DNA of 64,000 nt, from the NCBI GenBank assembly GCA_040954595.2, contig CM082593.2, positions 590,759 through 654,758 on the forward strand. Direction: 5' to 3'. Positions 12,356 through 23,911 of the stretch are shown piece after piece. Source of the DNA: Balanoglossus misakiensis. Lineage: Eukaryota > Animalia > Hemichordata. The position numbers and the translations under genes were made by a program. Positions within the stretch are counted from its first letter, which is position 1, and the number at the start of each line of letters is the position of its first letter. The notes beneath the pieces are model-generated. The model saw only the letters and a list, made by a program, of their open reading frames with translations, did no database searches and was not told the DNA's origin.

Positions 12356-15300
12356 ATGGCATCCAATCTTATAACCGATTCGCCAAAAATCCTGATCAGC
12401 CTTGTGATCGTGTATCTACTCGATGCATCACTCTACATAGCTGTAGTAGGTAAGTGACTAGTGGTGAGCGGTTGATCTTCTTGCTGTTATGTCCATCGGT
12501 AAAGCTACAAGTCTGCTCATTCAAATTTTTGAAGCACAATTGTCATGGGCTCTTCAAACCGATTGTTTCTTGCTTTACTGCATTGAACGCCAGGAATGCG
12601 TTGTACCAACGAATGTAAATACGCAGACGATGGAATATGTGATGATGGCGGAGTTGGTTCGTTGACACGTGATTGCAGATACGGCTCGGATTGCGCAGAT
12701 TGCGGTAAACGAGGTAAGATAAAAAAAAAATATGCACCTCTGAAGAGAGCGTTGAATTGACCAGGAATAACTTGCATTTCGTTCATTTGTATTGGTCGAC
12801 CAGTCAAAAAAGCAATGCACCGTGATTACAGATTCGATTGTCTTTCCAGTTAACTTATTGGCTGGTCAATTGGCCATATCTTTGTGGAAAATCAGTCTGC
12901 GAACAGATGTGCACCTGTTCCATTAAACGGTCGCCCATGACGTAACTCCACTGAGACCAGTACTTTTCCCAAAACCCTTTCTTCTGGAAAACGTCAATCC
13001 TTTAAACGTAGTACGAAGGAGTTTGAAATTCACACCAACAACTCGATTGTGTTTCTTCTTTCTCCAATAGAAGTGAACGTGTGCTGGGACATCTGTACAT
13101 TTTCTGAAGATGACGAGTGTGACGACGGAGGTGACGGTTCGGGTCGCTACGTATTGTGTGATTTGGGGACGGACTGCCAAGACTGTGGTGTCAGGTTCAA
13201 GGAACAAGTCGGTGAGTGGGTTCTACCAAAGAGCATCATTGCGTTCCGGGTGGGATGTGCATCATAACTGGACAAGAGAGGTATTCTATATTTATTTCTC
13301 TTTTTCTCCTGACAGTCATATGCACCGACCACTGTTTCTTCAGTCGTGATGGAACCTGTGATGACGGAGGCAGTGGCTCTGAGTTTCACACCTGTGCTTT
13401 CGGCAGTGATTGTTCAGATTGTGGAGAGAGATTCGGTAAGACATTTGGATTTCATCTGAAAAAAAAAACACTCACGTTTTCTTGGCTATATTAAATTGTG
13501 TGACGATATTGAGTACTGTAACAAAAATTCCCCGTCATTTCAGAAGGAGAACCAGCCCCATCGATTGGTTCGATGATAGCACCGCCATCGTCGACGCCAA
13601 CAACATCGCCGTCTTCTGTTTCTCCGACCTGGTCCACCACTCTCACGACGCCAATCGGCGAGAATCGATTCAAAGGTAATCCACGTCCTTCCAATAAGGC
13701 CTTACTTGCTTGCTTACTTAGTTTCTTATTTACAAACTAACTGACTAACTAACTAGCAACCCACTCACAAATTTACTAACAAATATCCATTATTTCTAAG
13801 CGGCGCGTGTACAAAATTAATCCAGTTTTAAACTGTTTCCTTGATTTCCAGGATATCCTGACAGTGGATGTGGCAACGCCGGATATTTATCTGAAGATTC
13901 TGGAACATTCACCAGCATGGGATTTGGAGAGCGTTTCTATGACGACAACGCACGGTGCGAATGGCATATCCAAACGCCAAACAGAGTAAGCGAAGCATTT
14001 CTGTGTTCATGCCATAGAAACTTTCCGAAGTACCATAGACCTTCGCTTCAGGGTCTTTGGAAGTAATACCTTTCTCGTCATTTGAATGACTCTTGTTTTG
14101 AGTTCAATTGACAGAGTTGATTACTTTTGATAAATCTTGGTTACTTCTAGAGGGTAATGAAATTTCAACTTTCAAACCATGAGTACAACCATTGCGTCTT
14201 TTCTCACAGAGGATAAAACTTGTAATCGATCCAATCGACGTCCAAGGCTGCTGTGACTTCATCCGGGTGTTCGACGGACACGATGAAACTGCAGACTTAA
14301 TTGGTGAATTCAACAACGACAAGCCTTTCTTTTACGCAATCATGTCATCAGCAACAGAACTCTTCGTGCGATTTGTCAGTGATCTTGACGGAAATGGAAA
14401 GGGCTTTTCAGCAACATACACAACCATAGGTGAGTAGAAGTGATTCTTTTTGCGCTAACCAGGTGGAGTAATCGCCTACACGCACAACATCAGTAGAATT
14501 TGTCTCCAATTCTTCAATAGTTTACACTGGTTACAAATAGTAGCTTTCAAGCGTACTGTTGCTCTGACGCAAAGATATTTCTCTCTTGTTTCAGATATCG
14601 ACCATTCTGGATGTGCTGGGCCACGTGTACTTACTGAACCCAATGGTGTCATAGCGAGCTCACCTGAGGGTTACCGGGAATTCGATTACTGTGAGTGGCA
14701 CATCAGACCTTCTCTTGATGTGACAGAGGTATGTCTTAACGGTTTCCTTAGTTACCAATACTCCAGAGTGGTTGAAACTTTTCTATTTCGTTGTACCAAC
14801 GTGCTTCTAATGCAGGTGTTCAGTATGATTAAATTATACACTATGCAATGATAGGGATTTGTCAATTCAGGTGCACATTCCATGATATCGGATTTCACTT
14901 GAGGGTGGGTCGTTCATGGACTACTTCTTCAGACACACCTTGTATTTTTCAGGATTCGACCGCAGCATTTGTGATTGTTCTGACGTTTGAGACGTTAGAC
15001 CTGGATGCAGGAGATTACATCAGTCTCTATGACGGCACGGACTCGCTGTTACTCGGCCAGATCGACAAACTTCCCGCAAAAATCGAATTCGCGAGCGGAA
15101 ATGCCACTGTTGTGTTTCAATCGGACAAATTGAGCGTGGATATCGAGTTTGTAGGATTTTACGCAACATATACAATGATGGGTAAGTTGATAAACAGCAT
15201 TGAAGCTAACTCTTCTATGCATTTATATTCAACGACCAACAATAAAAATAACCACAGCTTCATGTATTGAGTTGATCAATAGTATTCATTTGGCTGTGAT

Positions 15301-16683
15301 GTGATGTTTTTTGTCTAACAGAAGTGGAAGGTTCGGGATGTGGGAGTCCCAAAGTTCTAACCAATCGGGTTGGCTCTTTCAGCAGCATCCATTTCCATGA
15401 CAACTTTGGTTATTACGATAATAATGTGATCTGCCAATGGGATATTATCGTCGAGACAGGCAAGGTACTCTCATATTTCTCTTTGATGTAGAAACAGTTC
15501 TTCGAAAGCCCACATTTAGCTTTCCTTGCAAAAAATACGAGTGGTTCAAAAAGTGGGAAGTTGAGTATGCTGACAGTTTTTCATTGGCATTACAGAAAGT
15601 CAAGTTTGACTTTGACAGCCTAGCTTTGGAGGAATGCTGTGACTTCTTGTTAATCTATGATGACACAGACGATCCTGAAAATCTCATCGACCATATCAGT
15701 GGTGAATGTACACCTTCTGTTATTTCAAACAGCAACCACGTGTTTGTGCGATTCGTCACCGACTCAAGCATCGTCAACAAGGGATTCTTCGTAAAATACA
15801 GTGAATATGGTAATATTTAAGATTATAGAATTATGATGAGTGAAGTGTGATGGAGGTCTTCATGATACATGTACACTGCAGTGTGTTTTACCCACCTATG
15901 AAGGTCATTGATTGCCACTCACACTGACATGACCTTTTTGCAGAACCAGGTTATGAAGACTCCGGCTGCGGTAACCCCAAATATCTTCACCCATGGAATC
16001 CAAAGTTGACTAGTCTCAACTATGGAAGACACGCCTATCCAAACTCGATACACTGTGAATGGATTCTGCAAGTGAAAGAATCTAAAGTAAGCATAAAGGC
16101 AAACTGAGTATAAACATCTGCTTTTTAATTCAAGGGATAAAGTCGTCCATAGTGGTATTCACACGTGCTGCTCATACACAGAATGTGAGTTGAGCTGTCA
16201 GTGAAGAAAACCATCAATCAATCAATCAATCTATCGAAACTAAAAATGCCTAATAATTTCATGATGTTGAACCAACAAGCGAAACAAACTAGCGTTAAAA
16301 TATGTGTATCAACGCTCGGGTATTCGAGCAAAAACATCACATGATATCGCATAAACAAGAACCATCGGCTCGTATTTAATCGGATTAAAAACGTCGCTTT
16401 TCTGCTGCAAACATATGTTATTCACTCTAAATACATTCACACCATACTGCACTTTTGTTCTCAGGTTGTCAGATTGACCTTTGTGGATTTTTCTACCGAA
16501 GAATGTTGTGATTTTGTCAATGTACACGATGGACCAACTGTTGACCACAATCTGCTTTCATCAGTTAGTGGTGATGTAAACAAATTCAGTGTAGTGTCGA
16601 CAGACAACCAAGTGCTGGTATCTTTCACAAGTGACAGCAGCGAGAACTCAGATGGTTTTCTGGCGTATTTTGAAGAATTATAA
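12356..16683 (+). CDS. Probably secreted protein: 3 Cys/Asp-rich 'CDDGG' repeats, Pro/Ser/Thr linker, 4 CUB domains; 680 aa
   Basis: 13 phase-consistent exons: 12356-12449 (hydrophobic leader MASNLITDSPKILISLVIVYLLDASLYIAVV), 12594-12713, 13071-13211, 13316-13435 (three repeats), 13544-13675 (PST linker), 13852-13985 + 14210-14429 (CUB1), 14595-14728 + 14953-15181 (CUB2), 15322-15464 + 15596-15809 (CUB3), 15944-16086 + 16465-16683 (CUB4); 2043 nt. CUB hallmarks: GCG..L...G.F.S, C.W.I, D...vyDG, vrFvSD...GF.a.Y. No TM segment; ends FEEL*. Confidence 0.92.
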
Positions 16684-16780
16684 GGCGAGTATGATCACAA
16701 GTAAGGCCGAGCAAAAATTTGTGTTTCTGATATTATTCTGGATGAATTTGCAAATTGTTACATTGGCTGAACTATGCATG

Positions 16781-16786
16781 ATTAAA
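16781..16786 (+). terminator. Candidate polyadenylation signal of the CUB gene
   Basis: ATTAAA about 100 nt after the stop codon, followed by a GT-rich tract (ttttggtggtgttctgttttg). Confidence 0.4.
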
Positions 16787-17379
16787 CAGTATTTTGGTGG
16801 TGTTCTGTTTTGCATTTTAGGTAATCATCTTACGAACAGTGTTCATGATAGTCGACGTCCTTGAGATCGACAGAATCTGCCCATGGAATGTTCAACCGTT
16901 TACGTCACATTGCAGCATTAGGATTTGGACACCATTGGGAAGTCAGCAGATGTCATGCCTAACAACTTCTCACAAAACAGCAGAGGAGTTGCACCATCAA
17001 AATCATATTTGCATAGAATTTCATCGAAGTGTTTTTAAAGAAGACCTGCACCCATTCACAACCTGGTCTTACCTCAAAACAATACTCAGTGTAGTCTGTG
17101 CACAAGTCTGGCAACAAATGATTTATATATGGATGATTGTACTCTTTGTGTATCTGACCATTTTATTACAATATATTTGATGTGTAACTGTATGCACATG
17201 TATGAAACTAGGGCGAGACGAGATTGAATCGTTTCTGTGGTCACGAAACCCACCTAAAAATCTGACATGCAAAGTTATGGAGATAAGTGAATTTGTTTAT
17301 TGATATCAATACAACATGCAAAGCTAAAGATAACACATAAGGATCTTGTGTCAGTAATTTACATATTTACAATAACATG

Positions 17380-17460
17380 TGGGCCATCCCAAGCAGAAAG
17401 AGGTCTTATGGTCATAAGTATCGCGCTTCCATAAGACCCCTTTTTGCTTTGGATTGCCCA
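17380..17460. repeat. 81-nt inverted repeat/hairpin (collapsed MITE or pre-miRNA-like)
   Basis: Arms 17380-17411 and 17429-17460 pair at 28 of 32 positions, plus one G:U, around a 17-nt loop. Confidence 0.75.
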
Positions 17461-19231
17461 TGCCGCACACACTTTACTCTGGTAACATAACTACTGTCAT
17501 AAAACATGATTGGAAAGGAAGGTTGTTGAAATTGCAAACTGGAGATTGTTACAGAAATAGGATACATTTAGTTTTCATTAATCAGTAAGAGAACAAAAGT
17601 GAGATGGTTTTGAAAGAAAAGTATTGAGTTTCCCCTTCTCAACCCTTCTTACACAAAATGTCTTCTAGAATCCTACCACATTACCTACAGACTTGATTAT
17701 ACATGACAAACCAAGGTAACTAAGAATATTGATTTTCATAGCAAATTATCCAACTGCAATGGCAGATGGCACCACATCCAGGTACATGTAACTATTCGCA
17801 ATTAAATGAAGGGTTTTCATTGAGACTACTACTTTATATGATGAAAACATTTACAACAAATTCCTCTCTCTATTTACTATGAACATCTTTACTTTTATTA
17901 CTCGCACAAAAGTCATGACAACAAAGTAGAATCTGTTCATGGTTTCTTCACCACCACAACTATTAAACCTTTTCTTTTAAAATAACCAAACCAAACAAAA
18001 AATAGAGAGTAATGACACTATAACCCAATAGTGGCAAAGATGTCTTTCAAATAGCATTCCAAATCTTGTGTCCAGCAATACACATTTGGCAAGTTTTCAC
18101 TTCACGATGCAAAATCCAGCAGTTGGTGAAATGGTGCATTATGGCCACGTCAACTCTTCACAGTGGCACATGCCATTGTTGCCATTGTGGATAAAACAAG
18201 TTTATACATCTGCAACAAACTTGACATGACCTTCTCCGACATACACGAATATCGGTATACGTGTACAAAAACACTTCCAAACACTTCCTACAAAAGGACT
18301 GAAAAATCAAGGGTGGGCTGACGCGGCAGTTTTCTCTCATCTCCAACTGGGTGTCGACCATCAATTATCAGCATCCTGCCATAATGACCCCTACCTTTTA
18401 ATGAAACGGAAATAAATAAATTAAAACGCAACGAAAATAAAACTAAACAGGAAAATAATTGGACACAAATAAAAAAACAAATGCTGGTGTCTTCCACACA
18501 AAGATTAAACTCTACACTATAACAACACATTGTGAGATAACCATGCAAAATTAAGGATACCTTGTGTGTTACATCCAAGAGGTTGACTAAAGGATAGAAT
18601 ACAACGTTTTGTTAACATTAACCATCTACAACAAACCACTGATTGAAATTGAAAATATCTATTATCTGAAAGTTGATAGTCATGACTTGGGTAACACTCA
18701 ATTATTTGAATCGTTTGGACTTATTACATACAGAAGACGTCAAACTTAACAGTTTTTGCTCCAGACCTTAAACTGTCCTTTTAAACACGTAAAACGAACT
18801 GTAGTGTAAAGTTTAATCACCAGATATCATGCAAGTGCTAATAATAAAGGGAGTCTGTAAACCATACCAGTGCAAAGTGGCCCGTGTACAACACCACTGT
18901 GATCACTTCAAGCATGTGACCTATCATAGATTTTAAAATATACTTTTAAACAATCTATGCGTACATCATTATTTTCAATTGCGTTATTGAACACTCTTTT
19001 AACAAAACAGCTAAAATTTATATATCCGAAATAATGACCCTGCACCACATCATAGATGTTTTCGATTTCAGAATAATGACAGCTTGTTATGTTTTTAGAT
19101 CTTTGCAGGCAGTGGTTATTGAGGTAAAGCCTAGTCCTTCGTTCATCTTTTATTTATATTTCGCGTTCTTTTACCACATACGACTTTCCCTGGTGTACAA
19201 GTCTGAAACCAACCCCAGTCAAAACACCCAA

Positions 19232-22200
19232 TCAAGCCACCGACTCTAGGACAGTACCATCGGTCTGGCTGCTGTAGAAAGACTTCATGTGTCTGTGTCC
19301 CTTCTGTTTTCTCCAGCAACGACACGAGAACACTTGAATGAATCCACGTCTAAAATTCTCGTTGAATCCGCAATAAATCAGAGGGTTGAGGGCGCTGTTA
19401 GCGTATCCTAACCACAGGCAGAAGAAGAATATATTCTGCTTTATGCTGTATGGAACCTGGAATGAAAAAATACTCATATGAATTACTCTTAACATTGTAG
19501 TATAAAAAAATAACTCAAGTGGCTATACTTTCTTGCGTCATCTTTCAAGAATTTAGTATTTCATCAAATTTCAAAGTTTTTACAGAAAACATGAAGCTAT
19601 TGATCTTGAAAGTGAGTGAATTCATGTTTCCACAACTTACACCAAGATTGGGACCCCAGTCAGTCCAAACCATGAAGAGCTGGTAGGGAAGCCAACAGAG
19701 GGCAAAGGTCACGACAACCACGATCAACATGCGGATAACCTGTCAAGAAAGGAATAACAATAGTTGTGATTTACGTTGACAACAAAAAAGTTGTCTGAAA
19801 TTCAAAATTCCATGATTTTCTATCCTGTTCATATGTTTACATATTATGTGAAACAGGCTATCTCCACGTAAAAACCATAAACTCGTCCTCATGTATGACA
19901 GTCATGTGATGAACACAAAGCCGGATGATGTCATCGCATAATTTCGTGACGTCAAACGTGTAGCCAAACTTGTCTGTTACCAGCAAAAGAAACAAGAGCA
20001 ATGGTGCATCCCGAAGCCATCAAATATAACTTATAAGGAGGCAATGAAACTGATTTTTGGGCATATTTTAAACAACATCATAGTCTCTATCCTTTTGAAG
20101 AAAGGAACCAATAAAATTTACCGCGACGCAACATGGTATCTGACTGAGACTAATGAATTGATGCAAATTCTGACCTGTTATTCATAAAAATGATTTAATA
20201 TTGAAATTTAAAAATACGATAAAAGGTAATTTGTTATTCAGATAACACTTGAAAGAGTGTTTTTTATCGCCTCTGAGTGTTGTTTTATTATCGTTTTATC
20301 GCTGTTAAGTGTTGTTTTATCATCACTAAACTTCTGACTCGATACATGAGACTGAGTGGTTCAAAATTATACATTTGCAACGCGTCATTGATCTGCATCG
20401 AAGAGGTGAGATTTTATGAAGGTAACATCCGAGTTTACGACTCTAAGTATTTTATTGTCAATTGTTACGACCTGCAATCGAAATGCCCAAGAAAATGGCT
20501 ACTTACAGAGACATTTCTTTACAGGACATGAACAGAAACGTGCACCAACTGACTGATTATACGTTTGCTGTACACACATGATGGTTCAAGTTGTTAAAAC
20601 AGAGAGCAGCAGTTCTCAATTCTTTTTTACACTGTGCAGTTCCTTCTGTTGAACTTACCTTTCGTTTCAGCTTATCTTGAGTTACTGTAGTTGATTCTAT
20701 CCGCTCACCCGGCGCCCTAGTAATCCAAAGTTTACGTCCGATGGAAAGATACGCGAACAGCATTATCCCTAAAGGCAGGATGTACGCCAAAATGAATAGA
20801 CAAAGTGTATAGACGTCCTCCTGTCGCGAAAATTCCCACTCCGTGTCTTCGTAGCAAAAACTCTGATGTACGCCGTCATCCCACACCCACTCTTCATACT
20901 TGGTGTGAATGACGATGGGGATGTTGATCAGAATGGCGACAACCCAAACTAGAACGACGACGATACCGGTATTGCGTTCAGTGATGCGGGCGCGTAGAGG
21001 ATGAAGGATAGCAAAGTAGCGATCCCCGGCGATTACTGTTAGTGTGAGAATACTGCATATCACCGATACACCTGTGTGTGAGAGAAGGAGGGGGAGGGGG
21101 AAGGGGGACAGAGAAAGGGAGGGAGGGAGATGGGCAAAGAGAATTAAGTACTGAAAGTTAGCTTTGAATGTTTTCTTAATCCAACCAATTTAACTTTTCA
21201 CTCATATGTGACACTAAATAAATTTTGAGCAGACCCGAATTGCATCAGATGCCCCGAATGTTTATGCAGTAGGTGGTGTAAAGTGCACAAATGCTATACT
21301 AATTTTAATTCCTCAAACAAAATTTACCATTAGTTTCCTGCGTATTTCATTTATGATAAAAATTATCTGCTTTTAATTAAATGTGTATCTATCCTGTTGA
21401 GGTCAACATGTTTATCCTCAATTATTAGTTTCCACCAAAGAGAACAGATGGGACCTAATCTGTGTCAGACTATAGTATCCAAGAAGTGGGTTCTCAAATG
21501 GTAAATGCCTGCAACAGCATCAGATTAGTCAAAATGTGCTGTTTGAATGTTAATTACTACCCCATGAAATGCGGTGTCCATTTGCAACAAGGTCAAATGA
21601 CTTAGCCTCAGTAAAATTTGAAAAGTGGTAGTACGTTTTGGTTGTGCTGTGCACCGCAAGAATGCAATCCATTGTGTAACCAAGTTTTGTGGTTACATGT
21701 ATATGGACACACATTTCATACATGCGCATACAGATACATGTATATGTTCACATAACACTAACGATATCTGTCTCAATGTGCTTGTCGGAACCTTTTTGCC
21801 GTGTGTCTACACAAGTTGGAATATATTACATTGCTCGTTACCACTGGATGACATGGTTTGGTCAAATTTCCTTTATATGTGACAGTTTTATATTACAATT
21901 TCCTGTATATAGTTTATAACTTTAAAATAAACACTCCTCCAAGATCAGGAGTTCATTTGGTTTACATCCAGGGCTCGAAATTTACTTGCAAATATTTACA
22001 ATAAAGATATCCTGGTTTCCCTTGGGTTGTACTTGGCTGTGTCCAATGGTAACCAATGAGAGAAAAAGCATCCACTCTGTATAACACATCTGTTTCAGTC
22101 GGCGCATTGAGAGATCAAAATTAATATGGTTTTGATAACTAGTAATTGAAATTGGTGATCCAGAGTAATATTCTCTGGTCCTTTTAGCACAGAATCACCG

Positions 22201-23911
22201 CTAGTGAGCAGGATTTAGAAATAACGATTCATACACTGCGGGGATACAAATTCTGTATGCAGGATCTGTCAATTGTCAAAGGTGCATGGTCTGAAATAAC
22301 TTCACAGTGACGGATAATTTATAACCTGATCTGTAATGTTGAATTTTTAACCTTGCTTGGTGAATTTCGAAAGAAAATTCATTTTGCTGTTTTATTACAG
22401 CCTACAAAATCCGCTTATGCTGGATTTGATGCCAACATCTGTTGTTTTGAAGAAATGTGAGCCCGGATGGTGGATGAATAAGTAAAATACAGAAGATGAA
22501 TACCAGCATTGTTAAGTATTCAAACCAAATACACCCCAAGACTACACATTTTAGGTTTTGAAGCACAATGCACAGTGAAATTAAAATGACACGACAGTAT
22601 TACGATCAATACACTAATTATTCTGAAGTCCATAGAGTTGGAGATAACTAATTAATTAGTTAAACCACGCATATTGCTCTCTGACATAACCTATCTCATT
22701 TTCTTAGTAATTAGGGTCAACATTGTCACTTTCATTAATAAAATCAACCAAAGAAATTGACTGTTAAGTCGCTCTTGGTCTTAAAACTAACCATGCAAAG
22801 GGGTCATTTTGCACGCAAGAGGTTGTACCAACATCCTGCTCCAATTTTCAATTCTGATAAGCGAGACAGAAGCTCAATGCAAACAAGCAAAAGCACATTT
22901 GAAACTGCACTGTGTTTGAAACATTTGTACGATATCAATCTATATGCTTGTACCATACATACATCACATCTCCTTTCACCTTGCAGTTGTGTATGATTTG
23001 ATAGTGATTAATATATCCCGGGCTTTGATTAGCTTTTGGCCCTACAAGTTTTATCTTTTTATGCGTGGAAAACCAAACCTTATCCTATAATTTATAAAAG
23101 TTGTTTTCTTTTCTCACCCCTGAGGTTTTACAATAAGCGAGCGATAAGTTGAAGCCGTAAGCACTGCCATGGCGTCAAACATAACATGGGAATTGATTTC
23201 GCGACACTGTCGTAATGACTAGCTAGCGGCGATTTGTCGAAAATAGACGATTTTTATGTCGTCTAGGGAACCAAGAAGTCTAAGATTGATTCATGTGGCT
23301 TACAGGATAAGCGGGACTGAACATAACATATTGCTAACACACACTAACGACTTGACAAAGTTTTTGAAAATGTGAAGTTAAAAACGTAGAGAATGAAGAT
23401 TAACTTAGTGTCACCATAAAATTAGGATGCCAATAAATCATTTGATTCTGGCTGTTAGTCCCTCAAATGATACACACACATAAATGCATGCAATGATCAT
23501 GATGTATACCACATCCATGAAAACAAACTCGGTAAACAACACGGGAAGACTTTCGTCATCCATGATATACAAGCAAACACTAAGAGACTTACCTTGTAAT
23601 GGTAAGCAGAATTTGCACATAAATTCTCCGAATATCCAGTCTTTAGTCAGATGGTCCACCAGGACAGTCCACTCTGTAAAAGCAGCAATGAGAAGATCGG
23701 CCACAGCAAGATTGACAATGTAGTAGTTGGTCACGTTGCGCATGCTGCGATTCTTGATAACGATGGTGATTACGATGACATTGCCGACGACAGTCACTAA
23801 GATGGTGATAGTGAAGAACACGATCTTCAACACGATGGACCAGGTTGGTCCCGGGTCGAACCCAGGGAACGCATTATAATCAGTTATATTGGTTGTGGTG
23901 TTGTTCACCAT
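19232..23911 (-). CDS. Class A (rhodopsin-like) GPCR of the neuropeptide-receptor group (NPFF/SIFamide/orexin/QRFP-receptor-like); 351 aa
   Basis: Four exons on the - strand: 23911-23593, 21071-20659, 19739-19641, 19456-19232 (1056 nt), all with gtaagt donors and cag acceptors. Seven TM segments with GN (TM1), LAVADL (TM2), C-K at the TM3 start, DRY, W (TM4), ECL2 Cys (FCYE), YILP (TM5), CWLP (TM6), NPLIY, and helix 8 [10 protein letters not shown]-terminal N-glycosylation sequons NNT/NTT/NIT. Confidence 0.95.

Noticed and set aside
19154-19234. Stop-codon read-through of the GPCR
   Set aside because: The TGA is followed by TTG rather than the CTAG read-through context, and there is no other support.
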